Shown here piece after piece: positions 19,336 to 32,862 of a stretch of DNA of 64,000 nt. The notes beneath the pieces are model-generated. The model did no database searches and was not told the DNA's origin. It saw only the letters and a list, made by a program, of their open reading frames with translations. The position numbers were made by a program, and so were the translations under genes. Origin of the DNA: an uncultured Pelagibacteraceae bacterium (lineage in GTDB: Bacteria; Pseudomonadota; Alphaproteobacteria; Pelagibacterales; AG-422-B15); contig CACCAS010000003.1 in assembly GCA_902544065.1 (NCBI GenBank), forward strand, positions 4,492 to 68,491, in the 5' to 3' direction. The first letter of the stretch is position 1; the number at the start of each line of letters is the position of its first letter.

Positions 19336-20407
19336 GCCAATTAATTATAAAAATATAAAGAAGATCACTGATGAAGATTTTGAAAAACAACTCAAGTTTC
19401 TTGGAATAAATGCTAACTTTGCCGTTGCTCTTTCAGGTGGTCCAGATAGCTTAGCACTTTTATACCTGGCTAAAAATTTTGCTAAAAAAAATAATTTAAA
19501 ATTTTCAGCTGTTTCAATAGATCATAGGTTGCGTGAGGACTCATCTTTTGAAATTAAATGGATAAAGAAGCTTATGAAAAAGGAAAAAGTAAGTTTCGTA
19601 TCAAAAAAAGTTGTTAAAAAAATAAGCAGCTCTAATACACTTTCAACAGCTAGGAAACATCGATATAAACTATTAACAGATGTTTGTGAAAAAAATAAAT
19701 TTAAATATTTATTAACCGCCCATCATTTAGACGATGAAATTGAAACTTTTTTAATGAGGTTAATCAGAGGAAGTGGAATAAAAGGTCTATCGTCTTTAAA
19801 GCCAGTTTCTAAGTATAAAGGAGGAGAGATTAGCATTGTTAGACCTTTATTAAAATATTCAAAGAAATGTTTGATTAAGTATTTAGCAGAAATGGAGCAA
19901 CCCTATATTTATGATAACACAAATCAAGACATGAAGTACGATAGGTCTCGTATAAGAGCGATTGCTGAAAATTTAATTAATGAGGGGTTGGATAAGAAAA
20001 GAATTTTAGAAGTTATACAAAATTTAAAAAAAGCAGATGAAGCAATTTCTGTATCAGTTAATAATTATTTAAAAAAATGTATTTCGCTGGGTAGAAATAG
20101 CACTTTAAAGTTAAATAATAAGAAATTTAAAAAAGCGCCAGTTGAAATACAATATCGTATTATTAATAAACTTTGTCGTCTTGTAGGAAATAAGGATAAA
20201 GTACCCAGATCTAAGTCGCTACAAAATCTTAATGAAAAAATTAATGCTGGAGATGTTAAAAGTCATACTTTAAATGGATGCATATTCACGGTTAAAAGAG
20301 AAGAAATTCTAATATCAAAAGAAAAAAGAGGGAGTCCACTTTCGGGACAAAATTTCAAAGTTATTCTTAAAAATAAGAATTGGCCAAAATTAATAGAGCA
20401 TTATTAG
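19316..20407 (+). CDS. tilS: tRNA(Ile)-lysidine synthase
   Basis: PP-loop ALSGGPDSLALL, TAHHLDDEIETFLMRL.RG. Confidence 0.88.
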   Translation: MAVKLVKPINYKNIKKITDEDFEKQLKFLGINANFAVALSGGPDSLALLYLAKNFAKKNNLKFSAVSIDHRLREDSSFEIKWIKKLMKKEKVSFVSKKVVKKISSSNTLSTARKHRYKLLTDVCEKNKFKYLLTAHHLDDEIETFLMRLIRGSGIKGLSSLKPVSKYKGGEISIVRPLLKYSKKCLIKYLAEMEQPYIYDNTNQDMKYDRSRIRAIAENLINEGLDKKRILEVIQNLKKADEAISVSVNNYLKKCISLGRNSTLKLNNKKFKKAPVEIQYRIINKLCRLVGNKDKVPRSKSLQNLNEKINAGDVKSHTLNGCIFTVKREEILISKEKRGSPLSGQNFKVILKNKNWPKLIEHY

Positions 20408-20503
20408 TGTTAAGCAATTGATATATATTGTTAAAATTTATACCTTTCTTTTCTTGCATGACGTAAAATAGTAATTATTTAATATAATGAACAATTTAAA
20501 AAA

Positions 20504-22414
20504 ATGAATTTCAGAAATATTACACTATGGGTCTTTATTGCCCTTATCGTTTTCGGTCTATTTAATCTTTTCAGCAACACCAGTGGGGAAAGAAATGTAA
20601 TAGATCTTACATATTCTCAATTTCTTGATGAAGTAGAAGCTGGGTCAGTCAAAGATGTGGTCATAAGAGGTAGTAATATTAGCGGCGCATTTGATGACGG
20701 GCGTTCGTTTAAGACCTATGCCGCAAACGACCCTACACTTGTAGACAGATTAAATGAAAGGGGTGTGAATATCTCTGCTGCTCCTCTAGACGATGGCTAT
20801 CCTTCACTATTGGGAGTGCTTATTTCATGGTTCCCTATGCTATTGCTTATAGGTGTATGGATTTTCTTTATGAGACAAATGCAAGGTGGTAGAGGTGGAG
20901 CAATGGGTTTTGGTAGATCAAAAGCAAAACTTTTAACTGAAAACAAAAATAAAGTAACTTTTAATGATGTAGCAGGAATAGATGAAGCAAAGGAAGAACT
21001 TGTAGAGATTGTAGACTTTTTAAAGGATCCAAGAAAATTTCAAAAGCTTGGCGGGAGAATTCCAAAAGGAGCATTGTTAATTGGACCCCCTGGAACAGGT
21101 AAAACACTATTAGCAAGAGCTGTTGCCGGTGAAGCCGGCGTTCCATTTTTTACAATTTCGGGTTCTGACTTTGTAGAAATGTTTGTTGGCGTAGGAGCTT
21201 CAAGAGTTAGAGATATGTTTGAGCAGGGAAGAAGAAATTCTCCATGTATAATATTTATTGATGAAATTGATGCTGTTGGAAGAAGCCGTGGAGCAGGTCT
21301 TGGTGGCGGTAATGACGAAAGAGAGCAAACGTTAAACCAAATTCTTGTCGAAATGGATGGTTTTGATACCCAAGAAGGCATTATATTGGTTGCTGCAACA
21401 AACAGACCAGATGTATTAGACCCTGCCCTATTAAGACCTGGTAGGTTTGATAGACAAGTGGTTGTTCCAAATCCAGATATCATGGGCAGAGAAGCAATCC
21501 TAAAAGTTCATATTAAAAAAATATCAGTTGCTCCTGATGTAGATATTAGAACAATTGCAAGAGGAACTCCTGGTTTTTCGGGAGCGGATTTAGCCAATAT
21601 TGTTAACGAATCTGCATTGCTTGCTGCAAGGAAAAATAAAAAAATTGTGACGATGGTAGATTTCGAAGAAGCAAAGGACAAAGTAATGATGGGATCTGAG
21701 AGAAGATCTCTTGTTATGAGTCAAGAAGAAAAAGAATTAACAGCGTATCACGAAGGTGGTCACGCTATTGTTGCTTTAAACCAACCCGCATCAGATCCAA
21801 TTCATAAGGCTACAATCATACCACGTGGTAGAGCCCTAGGAATGGTTATGAGATTGCCTGAGAGAGATCAGCTATCAATGGCTAGAGAAAAGATGCTTTC
21901 TGACATCACTGTCGCTATGGGAGGAAGAGTAGCAGAAGAAATAATTTTTGGTGATGACAAGGTAACATCAGGTGCATCTTCTGATATTGAAATGGCAACT
22001 AAGATGGCAAGAAATATGGTTACAAAATACGGAATGAGTGAAAAACTCGGGCCACTTCAGTACAGTGAAAACGAGGAAGAAGTTTTCTTAGGTAGATCAG
22101 TTCAAAAACATCAAAATGTTTCAGAAGATACAGCGAGATTGATTGACTCTGAGATTAGAATAATTGTTGATACATGTTATGATCTTGCTAGGAAAATCCT
22201 TACTGATAAAATTAACGATCTTCATGCTCTTGCAAAAGGCTTAATTGAATACGAAACTTTGAATGGAGACGAAATATTGTCGTTACTTAAGGATGGAAAA
22301 ATTGATAGACCAAACCCAGAAGAGGAAATTAGCAATGCTGGTCCGTCCGTACCTAAAAGTGGAAAACCTTCAACAGTTGTTCCTGGTTTCAAGCCCAAAC
22401 CGCAGACTAGTTAA
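20504..22414 (+). CDS. ftsH: ATP-dependent zinc metalloprotease FtsH
   Basis: GPPGTGKT Walker A, DEIDA, SRH region, HEGGHA zinc site; 636 aa. Confidence 0.96.
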   Translation: MNFRNITLWVFIALIVFGLFNLFSNTSGERNVIDLTYSQFLDEVEAGSVKDVVIRGSNISGAFDDGRSFKTYAANDPTLVDRLNERGVNISAAPLDDGYPSLLGVLISWFPMLLLIGVWIFFMRQMQGGRGGAMGFGRSKAKLLTENKNKVTFNDVAGIDEAKEELVEIVDFLKDPRKFQKLGGRIPKGALLIGPPGTGKTLLARAVAGEAGVPFFTISGSDFVEMFVGVGASRVRDMFEQGRRNSPCIIFIDEIDAVGRSRGAGLGGGNDEREQTLNQILVEMDGFDTQEGIILVAATNRPDVLDPALLRPGRFDRQVVVPNPDIMGREAILKVHIKKISVAPDVDIRTIARGTPGFSGADLANIVNESALLAARKNKKIVTMVDFEEAKDKVMMGSERRSLVMSQEEKELTAYHEGGHAIVALNQPASDPIHKATIIPRGRALGMVMRLPERDQLSMAREKMLSDITVAMGGRVAEEIIFGDDKVTSGASSDIEMATKMARNMVTKYGMSEKLGPLQYSENEEEVFLGRSVQKHQNVSEDTARLIDSEIRIIVDTCYDLARKILTDKINDLHALAKGLIEYETLNGDEILSLLKDGKIDRPNPEEEISNAGPSVPKSGKPSTVVPGFKPKPQTS

Positions 22415-22426
22415 ACTGAATTAAAT

Positions 22427-23482
22427 ATGACCGCTGCGCGTAAACTTGTTAAGTATTACGTTAGACCCATACTAAATAATATTAAAAATAAAGACTCTCT
22501 AAATCTTGGCTCTTCCAAACTTTATTTTGATAGAATTGAATTAATAAAAAGAAATGGTAAAAATATATCATCAAAATATCTTCATTTAAAAGAAGTCAAT
22601 GGACTGTCAGGAGACATTAGTGAGATCATCAATATTCAATTAAAAAAAATAACAAAAACTAGAAAGAAAATCAAAAATTTAAATTTTAATAAACCTTTAA
22701 TAATGGGAATATTAAACATCACACCAGATAGCTTTTCTGATGGAGGCGAATTTTTATCAGTTGATGATGCATTTGCACAATATAAAAAGTTAAAGAAAGA
22801 GGGCGCTGCAATAGTTGACATTGGAGGTGAGTCTACACGACCAGGTTCAAAGACAGTTCCAGCTAAAAAAGAACTTCAGAGAATAATGCCAGTTATTGAT
22901 CAAATTAAAAGCAGTTCAATAAATACTTTAGTTTCAGTTGATACAAGAAAATCTACAGTAATGAAAGCTGTAATGAAATATAACATTGATTTTATCAATG
23001 ATGTCTCGGGATTAAGGTATGATAGTAAAGCTATTAGTTTCTTAAATAAATCCAAAATTCCTTTCATTATAATGCATTCAATTTCTAATCCTGCGAAAAT
23101 GCAAAATTCAATTAAATATAATAATATTTTGCTTGATGTTTATGATTTTTTAGAAAATCAGATAAAAAAATGTAAATCAAAAGGCATATCTGAAAACAAA
23201 ATTATAATAGACCCAGGTATTGGCTTTGGTAAGACTCTGAAACAAAATTTGACACTTATAAAAAAGATTAGTTTACTTCACTCACTTGGTTTACCAATAA
23301 TGTTAGGCAGTTCTCGAAAAAGTTTTATTGGAAAGATACAAAAAAATGAATTATACGATGATCGTACAGGGGGATCGATAGCTTCAGTTTTATATGGTTT
23401 GTCTCAAGGTATTCAAATATTCAGAGTGCATGATGTATATGAGACAAACCAAGCAATAAAAGTCTATTCGAAATTAATATGA
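22427..23482 (+). CDS. folP: Dihydropteroate synthase (with a roughly 85-aa N-terminal extension)
   Basis: GILNITPDSFSDGG, DIGGESTRPG, IDPGIGFGK motifs. Confidence 0.88.
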   Translation: MTAARKLVKYYVRPILNNIKNKDSLNLGSSKLYFDRIELIKRNGKNISSKYLHLKEVNGLSGDISEIINIQLKKITKTRKKIKNLNFNKPLIMGILNITPDSFSDGGEFLSVDDAFAQYKKLKKEGAAIVDIGGESTRPGSKTVPAKKELQRIMPVIDQIKSSSINTLVSVDTRKSTVMKAVMKYNIDFINDVSGLRYDSKAISFLNKSKIPFIIMHSISNPAKMQNSIKYNNILLDVYDFLENQIKKCKSKGISENKIIIDPGIGFGKTLKQNLTLIKKISLLHSLGLPIMLGSSRKSFIGKIQKNELYDDRTGGSIASVLYGLSQGIQIFRVHDVYETNQAIKVYSKLI

Positions 23483-24813
23483 AAAAACAATATTTTGGAA
23501 CAGATGGAATTCGAGCAAGCTCAAACAGCAATAAATTAAATGGACCTACCCTAATAAATCTAGGGATGGCACTTGGAAAATATTTTACCAAAGGAGATCA
23601 CAGGCATAAGGTTGTTATTGGAAAAGATACTAGGCTATCTGGTTACATGATCGAACAGGCTTTAACATCTGGTTTACTTTCAATGGGCATGGATGTTTTT
23701 TTATTTGGCCCGATCCCAACTCCTGCAGTCTCAATGTTAACAAGGTCAATGCGAGCTGACCTTGGAATTATGATTACAGCATCTCATAATCAATATCAAG
23801 ATAATGGCTTAAAGATATTTGATAGACTCGGTAACAAGCTCTCTGATGAGACAGAGATAGAGATAGAAAATCTAATGGAAAGTAAACTTGAAGAGTCTCT
23901 AGCTAAGCCTGAAAACATAGGAAGAGCTCAAAGATTAGAAGATGCAAATGGAAGGTACATTGAATATTTGAAAAATACATTTCCAAAGACCCAACGTCTT
24001 GATGGATTAAAAATAGTTGTTGATTGCGCCCATGGTGCTTCATATATATCAGCTCCTCTTATCTTATGGGAGTTAGGAGCAGAGGTAACTCAGATTGGAA
24101 CTCAGCCAAATGGAATAAATATCAATGATAAGTGCGGCTCAACTAATACGGCTTTATTAGCAAAAACTGTAATAGAGAAAAAAGCTGATATAGGCATTGC
24201 ATTAGATGGAGATGGAGACCGTTTAGCAATAGTCGATGAAAAAGGAAATGACATTAATGGCGACCAAATCCTTGCGTTGTTAGCAATGCATATGAGCAAA
24301 AAAAACTTACTCCAAAAAAATAAAGTTGTTGGGACTTCGATGGCCAATATTGGCTTAGAAAATCTACTCAATGAGAATAATATTGAATTAGTTAGAGCTA
24401 ATGTTGGTGATAGATATGTCAAAGAAAAAATGATTCATGAAAATCTTAATTTAGGTGGAGAGCAATCAGGTCATATTATCATGAGGGATTACACATCCTC
24501 TGGTGATGGTATCATTGTTGCCCTACAAGTACTTGCAATTATCATGCAAAATAAAAAACAGACTAGTGAAATTTTTAATTTATTTACTCCGCATCCTCAA
24601 AACCTCATTAATTTTGAAGTTAAAACTAAGAATATTTTGGAAAATGATGAAACCAAGAATTTTATTAAAAAGTGTGAGGAAGAAGTTGCAGGTGAAGGTA
24701 GAATCGTTGTTAGAATGTCGGGTACTGAGCCACTTTTGAGAGTTATGATAGAGTGTAAAAGTCAGAATAAAATTGATGAATTAACTAAAAACGTTACTAA
24801 ATATTTTTCTTAA
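23479..24813 (+). CDS. glmM: Phosphoglucosamine mutase
   Basis: YFGTDGIR, ITASHN(Q)YQDNG phosphoserine loop, DGDGDR, GGEQSGH. Confidence 0.93.
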   Translation: MKKQYFGTDGIRASSNSNKLNGPTLINLGMALGKYFTKGDHRHKVVIGKDTRLSGYMIEQALTSGLLSMGMDVFLFGPIPTPAVSMLTRSMRADLGIMITASHNQYQDNGLKIFDRLGNKLSDETEIEIENLMESKLEESLAKPENIGRAQRLEDANGRYIEYLKNTFPKTQRLDGLKIVVDCAHGASYISAPLILWELGAEVTQIGTQPNGININDKCGSTNTALLAKTVIEKKADIGIALDGDGDRLAIVDEKGNDINGDQILALLAMHMSKKNLLQKNKVVGTSMANIGLENLLNENNIELVRANVGDRYVKEKMIHENLNLGGEQSGHIIMRDYTSSGDGIIVALQVLAIIMQNKKQTSEIFNLFTPHPQNLINFEVKTKNILENDETKNFIKKCEEEVAGEGRIVVRMSGTEPLLRVMIECKSQNKIDELTKNVTKYFS

Positions 24814-24825
24814 TATCTAGGATAA

Positions 24826-26999
<2,174 letters not shown>

Positions 27000-27036
27000 A
27001 TATTAAATATGGTAGTTATATGCTTATTTTCAATGC

Positions 27037-28008
27037 TCAGCTTTTAATAGAATTTATTAGATTGCTCAAGTAATCTGGGATAATGGACTGAAATAATTGA
27101 ACTTTTTCTGTTTTTGGATGAATGAAACCTAGACTTTTTGCATGTAGAGCTTGCCCTGGCAGTCCATTAATTGCATAAATTGCTTTATTCGATAATTGTT
27201 TTAGTTTTCCTTGAGGCGATCTTCCATACGTCTTATCCCCTATGAGAGGATGTCCTTTATCAGTCATATGCACTCTAATTTGATGAGTTCTACCAGTATG
27301 AAGCTTACATTCAATTACGCTTGCAATTGTATTTCCTTTAATGGTTTTTAAGTTTTCAATGGTTTTATAATTAGTAATTGCTTCTTTACCTTTTATCTTA
27401 GAGCTCATCATTTTTGTTCTATTCTTATTACTTCTTGAAATAAAAGATGATATTTTTCCATTTGCGGGTTTTATTATTCCCCAACAGACAGCAAAGTATT
27501 CCCTTCTTATGGAATGATCGGCAAATTGAAGCGAAAGGTGTTGATGACTGAAATCATTTTTTGCCACAACAACTAGCCCGCTTGTATCTTTATCTATTCG
27601 GTGAACTATACCAGGTCTTTGCGAGTCTCCTACAAATTTTAAACTATTACCACAATGATTAATTAAAGCATTTACAATTGTACCTGATTTATTGCCAGCA
27701 CCCGGGTGCATTACAATTCCAGCAGGTTTATCAATTACAATTAAATCTTCATCTTCATAAATAACATTAAGATCTATTTTTTCACTTTTTAAAGAAGTCT
27801 CATTTTTAATTTCTTCTGTAACTTTAATTTTATCCTTAAAAGAAATTTTATAGTCTGGATCCTGCCTTTTACCATTCACAAGTACCATTTTATTATTTAT
27901 TAAAAGCTTAATTTTTGATCGACTCAGATGAGAGAGTTCTAATGAAATATATTTATCAAGTCTTAGCCCGCTATACTTGATATCATTGACTTTATATTCA
28001 TAGATCAT
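27037..28008 (-). CDS. rluD: 23S rRNA pseudouridine synthase, RluA family (RluD-like)
   Basis: S4 domain N-terminus; HRIDKDTSGLVVVAK catalytic Asp motif; GRTHQIRVH. Confidence 0.9.
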   Translation of the reverse strand: MIYEYKVNDIKYSGLRLDKYISLELSHLSRSKIKLLINNKMVLVNGKRQDPDYKISFKDKIKVTEEIKNETSLKSEKIDLNVIYEDEDLIVIDKPAGIVMHPGAGNKSGTIVNALINHCGNSLKFVGDSQRPGIVHRIDKDTSGLVVVAKNDFSHQHLSLQFADHSIRREYFAVCWGIIKPANGKISSFISRSNKNRTKMMSSKIKGKEAITNYKTIENLKTIKGNTIASVIECKLHTGRTHQIRVHMTDKGHPLIGDKTYGRSPQGKLKQLSNKAIYAINGLPGQALHAKSLGFIHPKTEKVQLFQSIIPDYLSNLINSIKS

Positions 28009-28022
28009 TAATAGTATTTTAA

Positions 28023-28295
28023 ATGAACCAGAGAATTTTACTATTCATAGTTATTTTTTTAGGATTTTTAATTATTGTTGGCACTACTGTTGTAATCACA
28101 ACTGTTATTGAAAGATCTAAAAATGTTGATTTTTTCGAAAACACTAATGATACTGAATTCCATAGCATATGTGGAACATCAGGCATCGAAGATGTCATTA
28201 AACTTGAAGATCAACAAATACTGATCAAATGTTTTGATGGTCCAGTATATATTTACGACTCTAAGAAAAACAAGATTATTACTGAAATTAATTAA
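28023..28295 (+). CDS. Small membrane-anchored protein, unknown function
   Basis: N-terminal TM ILLFIVIFLGFLIIVGTTVVITTVI followed by a roughly 55-aa soluble part. Confidence 0.4.
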   Translation: MNQRILLFIVIFLGFLIIVGTTVVITTVIERSKNVDFFENTNDTEFHSICGTSGIEDVIKLEDQQILIKCFDGPVYIYDSKKNKIITEIN

Positions 28296-29884
28296 TTATT
28301 TACAATTAAATCAGACGCTTTTTCAGCAATCATTACAGTTGATGCGTTTAAATTACCAGTAATGATATTAGGCATAATTGATGCATCTATGACTCTTAAA
28401 CTATCTATTCCATATACTTTGAGTTCCTCGTCTACCACTGATCGATCATCTTTGCCCATTTTACACGTACATGATGGGTGGTAAGCAGTATCTCCTTTAT
28501 CTCTTATAAAATTATTAAGATCCTCATCATTATTTAAATTGCTTCCTGGTGAGATTTCATCTCCTCTATAATCATCGAATTCTTTTTGATTAAATATCTC
28601 CCTTGCAATTTTTATTCCTTCTCGCATTTCTCTAAGATCATGTTCAGTTTGCATATAATTGAATTGGATTGAAGGTGCATCGTTTGGATTATTTGATTTT
28701 AATTTTACTGATCCTCTGCTGGTAGGTCGCATCGGTCCAACATGGGCTTGAAAAGCATGGCAGGTAGAACTCTTTCTACCATGATCTAAAACTAAAGATG
28801 GAAAAAAGTGGAATTGTATATTTGGATAATCAGACATTTCATTACTCCTCACAAAGCCACCTGTTTCTAAATTAGAATGTGCAGCAACACCTGTTTTAAA
28901 CAAAAACCATTGGGCACCTATCAATGCCATTTTTAATGGGTTCTGAGCACTGTGCAGTGTTACAGGCTTTTTACATTTATATTGAACATACGTTTCAAGA
29001 TGATCTTGTAAGTTTTTACCAACTCCTTCCAAACACTCTAATGGCTTAATACTATGTTTTGACAATTCATTTTCTGGGCCAATTCCAGAAAGCATGAGTA
29101 ATTGAGGCGAATTTATAGCCCCAGCAGAAAGAAGGACCTCTCTAGTTGAAAAATATATTTTATTTTTACCATTCTCTTTGCATTCAACTCCAACAGCTTT
29201 TTTATTTTCAAATAGTATCTTATTTACAGTTACGTTTGTTAATATCTCCAAGTTAGATCTGTGCATTATTGGATGGAGATACGTAACGCTCGTACTTTGT
29301 CTCTTTCCATTAAAAATGGTTGTATCCATTAAACCAAAACCTTCTTGTTTTTTGCCATTCATATCATTATTTATTTGATACCCAGCTTGTTGAGCGGCAT
29401 TTAAATAAACTTGACTAAGAATATTACCATTGGGGGATCTTGACAGTTTCAAAGGCCCTGAATCGCCTCGAAAATTTGAGTCCAAGCCATCAACTGACTC
29501 AGATTTTTTAAAATAGGGCAAAACTTTATCGTAAGTCCAATCTGTTAAACCTAACTGTCCCCAGTTATCAAAATCTTTTGAATTACCTCTTACATGAACC
29601 ATTCCATTGTGCGAGGAACTTCCTCCCAACATCTTGCCTCTGGGGCAGAACATAGTCCTATTATGCATAAATGGTTCTGGCTCAGACTCATAAAGATAAT
29701 TATATTTTGGATCGTGCATTGTATAAAGTAATGCTGCGGGCATTGCAGTTTTCCATGTCTTGTCTGAAGGTCCAGACTCAATAAGAAGGACATTAATAGA
29801 CGTATTTGATGAAAGTCGATTAGCTAGTACACAACCAGCGCTACCAGCTCCAATTATAATATAATCAAAGTTATTTAATTTCAT
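28292..29884 (-). CDS. betA: GMC-family flavoprotein oxidoreductase, choline dehydrogenase-like
   Basis: DYIIIGAGSAGCVLANRLS FAD fold, GGSSSHNGM, C-terminal HPSCTCKMG active-site region; 530 aa. Confidence 0.8.
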   Translation of the reverse strand: MKLNNFDYIIIGAGSAGCVLANRLSSNTSINVLLIESGPSDKTWKTAMPAALLYTMHDPKYNYLYESEPEPFMHNRTMFCPRGKMLGGSSSHNGMVHVRGNSKDFDNWGQLGLTDWTYDKVLPYFKKSESVDGLDSNFRGDSGPLKLSRSPNGNILSQVYLNAAQQAGYQINNDMNGKKQEGFGLMDTTIFNGKRQSTSVTYLHPIMHRSNLEILTNVTVNKILFENKKAVGVECKENGKNKIYFSTREVLLSAGAINSPQLLMLSGIGPENELSKHSIKPLECLEGVGKNLQDHLETYVQYKCKKPVTLHSAQNPLKMALIGAQWFLFKTGVAAHSNLETGGFVRSNEMSDYPNIQFHFFPSLVLDHGRKSSTCHAFQAHVGPMRPTSRGSVKLKSNNPNDAPSIQFNYMQTEHDLREMREGIKIAREIFNQKEFDDYRGDEISPGSNLNNDEDLNNFIRDKGDTAYHPSCTCKMGKDDRSVVDEELKVYGIDSLRVIDASIMPNIITGNLNASTVMIAEKASDLIVNN

Positions 29885-29929
29885 GAAATGATTTTATCAA
29901 ACATTATATTTATAGTACAACATTAGATA

Positions 29930-30826
29930 ATGTTAAAAAACTTAAATCCAAGTTTGGCAATAGTATTATCTACTCTGCTTTGGGGAACATGGTGGTATCC
30001 TCTTCGTTTGTTAAATGAGTATGCAAGCAATAATGCAATACCTTTAACATTAAGCTTTATGCTTGCTGGTTTTTTACTTCTTAGTTTTTCGCTAAAGAAT
30101 GTACATTTATTTACTAAAAAAAATATAATACTTACGATAATTGCAGCGACTGCTGGTGCGGCAGCAATGTGTCTCTACAATGAGGGACTATTACGTGGTA
30201 ATGTCGCACGGATTTTAATATTTTTTTATCTTACAGCTGTTTGGAGCACAATTATTGAGATTGTATTTTTAAGAACTCCTTTAACCATATACAGGGCTTT
30301 TTCCATAGCAGCAGGTTTCACAGGTCTTTTTATTATAACAGGGTTAGATAAAGGTAATATTTTGCCAAGTTCTCTTGCTGATCTATTTGGAATCGCCTCT
30401 GGTTTTTTGTGGTCTGTTTGTGCAACAGTAATTAGAATTAATAAGGAATTGGACGTTAACTTTGGAACTTCAATCTTTATTCTCATTGGTGGATTATTTG
30501 TTATTATTGCGACACTTTTACCTAATGGACAAGTACTCGCAGGTTTCAATACTGTAATAATGTATAATACTTACATAATCATTCTCATTTTTGCTTTCAT
30601 TTGGTTGCTTCCTGGATACTGGCTTATCACTTTCGGCCAAGATCAAGTCGATCCAGGTAGAGCTGGAATTTTACTTATGTTCGAAGTTGTTATTGGCATT
30701 ATATCTGCATATCTTTTAGCCAATGAAATTATTACCATGCGAGAATTCATTGGCGCGGTATTTGTTATGAGCGCTCCATTGATTGAAATTTATGCTGGAA
30801 ATAAATTATATAAATCAGTCGTTTAG
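29930..30826 (+). CDS. EamA/DMT-superfamily transporter (about 10 TM)
   Basis: 298 aa, uniformly hydrophobic with two repeated 5-TM halves. Confidence 0.65.
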   Translation: MLKNLNPSLAIVLSTLLWGTWWYPLRLLNEYASNNAIPLTLSFMLAGFLLLSFSLKNVHLFTKKNIILTIIAATAGAAAMCLYNEGLLRGNVARILIFFYLTAVWSTIIEIVFLRTPLTIYRAFSIAAGFTGLFIITGLDKGNILPSSLADLFGIASGFLWSVCATVIRINKELDVNFGTSIFILIGGLFVIIATLLPNGQVLAGFNTVIMYNTYIIILIFAFIWLLPGYWLITFGQDQVDPGRAGILLMFEVVIGIISAYLLANEIITMREFIGAVFVMSAPLIEIYAGNKLYKSVV

Positions 30827-30925
30827 CATTTTTGAATATTTAAAAAAAATTATACTTTTTTTCCCTAGATAGAGACCTAGTTATATGTTTCAATCAACTA
30901 CTAATAAAACAAATTGGAGAAAATA

Positions 30926-31921
30926 ATGAATTTTTTTAAGAGAATTTTTTTTGCTGCTGTCTTTGCAGTAAGTTTCGGATCTCTTAGTTCGACAGCCAAT
31001 GCTTGCGGTACAATAACAGTTGCTGAAATGAACTGGGCATCTGCTGAAATGTTTGCGCATGTCGATAAGATGATTCTTGAAAATGGTTATGGTTGTGATG
31101 TAGAGCTTGTTCCAGGTGATACTATGCCAACCGCGACATCTATGATGGAAAAAGGTGAGCCAGATGTAGCTCCTGAATTATGGATAAATGCTGTTAGAGT
31201 TGCACTTGATGCAGCAACGAGCGAAGGAAGATTACATTACGCAGCTGAAGTTTTATCTGACACTGGTGAAGAAGGCTGGTGGATTCCGCAATATATGGCC
31301 GATGCAAACCCCGATATTCAAACTGTATATGATGTACTAGAACGTCCTGAATTATTTCCTCATCCTGAAGGAGGAAATGGTGCAATTTATACTTGTCCCT
31401 CAGGTTGGAATTGTCAAATAAGTACTGGTAATTTGTTTAATGCATATGGAATGGAAGCCAAAGGTTTTAGGCTTGTAGATCCTGGTTCTGGTGGTGCTCT
31501 TGCTGGAGCAATTGCTGAAGCTTATAACAAAGGCGAGGGATGGCTCGGATATTACTGGGCACCAACAGCTGTATTGGGAAAATACCCAATGAAAAAACTT
31601 AGCTTTGGAGTAGAACACAGCAAAGAGGAGTGGGACAATTGTACTTCTCAAGACGGATGTGCAGATCCAAAACCTAATGCATGGGTTGTATCTGAAGTTT
31701 ATACAGTTGTGACTGACAACTTCAAAAATGAGTCAGCAACGGGTATGGAATATATCTCAAAACGAGCACTTCCCAACTCAACTGTAAATGCTTTGCTTGC
31801 TTGGAAAGATGATAATCAGGCAACTGGTGAAGACACTGCAATTTACTTCTTAGAAAATTACACTGAATGGCATGACTGGGTAGACAGTAGTGCACGTTCA
31901 AAAGTAGAAGCAGCTTTATAA
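30926..31921 (+). CDS. proX: Glycine betaine/quaternary-amine ABC transporter substrate-binding protein
   Basis: Signal peptide MNFFKRIFFAAVFAVSFGSLSSTANA. OpuAC-type pattern (ITVAEMNWASAE, Trp-rich box WWIPQY, GWLGYYWAP). Followed by proW/proV. ATG at 30926 (the track's TTG is at 30914). Confidence 0.85.
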   Translation: MNFFKRIFFAAVFAVSFGSLSSTANACGTITVAEMNWASAEMFAHVDKMILENGYGCDVELVPGDTMPTATSMMEKGEPDVAPELWINAVRVALDAATSEGRLHYAAEVLSDTGEEGWWIPQYMADANPDIQTVYDVLERPELFPHPEGGNGAIYTCPSGWNCQISTGNLFNAYGMEAKGFRLVDPGSGGALAGAIAEAYNKGEGWLGYYWAPTAVLGKYPMKKLSFGVEHSKEEWDNCTSQDGCADPKPNAWVVSEVYTVVTDNFKNESATGMEYISKRALPNSTVNALLAWKDDNQATGEDTAIYFLENYTEWHDWVDSSARSKVEAAL

Positions 31922-31934
31922 AAAAAATAATATT

Positions 31935-31955
31935 GCGGGCTAATAATTAGCCCGC
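31935..31955 (+). terminator. Intra-operon stem-loop between proX and proW (attenuator or mRNA stabiliser)
   Basis: gcgggctaa-taa-ttagcccgc: perfect 9-bp stem, the strongest GC hairpin in this region, 14 nt after the proX stop and 10 nt before the proW ATG. Confidence 0.55.
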
Positions 31956-31965
31956 ATTATATTCA

Positions 31966-32862
31966 ATGAATTTATCAGAATTATTTATCACTTTTCCTGA
32001 AATGAGTAAGGAAAGTCTTCGGATATTTAAAAAGTCCATAGATGGGGCTTATAGGAACTTCTCAAGAGAATATGGCGATGCAATTGAAGCTGTATTTGAT
32101 CCTGTATTATATTTTTTAGTTTGGTTTGAAAAACTATTACAAAACTCACCTTGGCCATTAGTAATTTTAGTAATTCTTATACTAGTTTATTTAGGTAGCA
32201 GAAGTATCTATCTAACAATTGGATCATTATTTGCACTACTTCTTATAGGCTACTTTGGTATGTGGGAAGATACAATGTCAACTGTCAGTATCATTGGCGT
32301 ATGTACTTTCATGTCTATAGGTCTTGGAATACCAATTGGCATTGCAATGTCAAACTCTGACCGAGCTCGAGCCGCCATTACCCCTATTCTTGATGTGATG
32401 CAAACTATGCCTTCATTTGTGTATTTGATTCCAGTCGTAATGCTTTTAGGAATTGGAAAAATCCCAGGTTTACTCGCAGTTATTATTTATGCCATCCCGC
32501 CCATTATTAGACTAACTGACTTAGGAATTAGAGAAGTTGATAAGGAAGTTCTTGAAGCGGCTGATGCTTTTGGCGCAAATAAGAGGCAAAAGTTATTTAG
32601 AGTTCAATTGCCACTTGCCTTACCTACTATATTTGCAGGAATTAACCAAACTATAATGATGGCACTAGCAATGGTTGTCATAGCTTCGATGATTGGAGTT
32701 AAGGGTCTTGGTCAGCCAGTATTAAAGGCAATTACCAACCAGTATTTTACTATGGGGTTACTTAATGGACTTGCTATTGTCGCATTAGCAATAATATTTG
32801 ATCGAGTTTCACAATCTTTTGGAAAAAGATTACAACAACATAGGTCAGGTTCTCGTGAATAA
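31966..32862 (+). CDS. proW: Glycine betaine/proline ABC transporter permease
   Basis: BPD-transporter EAA-like loop ([24 protein letters not shown]); 6-7 TM. Confidence 0.9.
   Translation: MNLSELFITFPEMSKESLRIFKKSIDGAYRNFSREYGDAIEAVFDPVLYFLVWFEKLLQNSPWPLVILVILILVYLGSRSIYLTIGSLFALLLIGYFGMWEDTMSTVSIIGVCTFMSIGLGIPIGIAMSNSDRARAAITPILDVMQTMPSFVYLIPVVMLLGIGKIPGLLAVIIYAIPPIIRLTDLGIREVDKEVLEAADAFGANKRQKLFRVQLPLALPTIFAGINQTIMMALAMVVIASMIGVKGLGQPVLKAITNQYFTMGLLNGLAIVALAIIFDRVSQSFGKRLQQHRSGSRE

Noticed and set aside
22427-22690. Roughly 85-aa N-terminal extension on dihydropteroate synthase, considered as a possible fused domain or separate gene.
   Set aside because: No alternative start lies close to the conserved core apart from the Met inside the MGILNITPDSF motif itself. 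I recall that alphaproteobacterial DHPS proteins can carry N-terminal extensions. The segment is low-complexity and Lys-rich with no recognisable motif. This is an annotation detail rather than a finding.
32798-32854. Track-predicted 19-codon N-terminal extension of proV that overlaps proW by 65 nt; likewise the 13-codon extension of pgk (7861-7899) that overlaps gap.
   Set aside because: Shorter starts (GTG 32855; ATG 7860) give the tight junctions seen elsewhere in the window (an 8-nt overlap and a 2-nt gap) and preserve all conserved residues.
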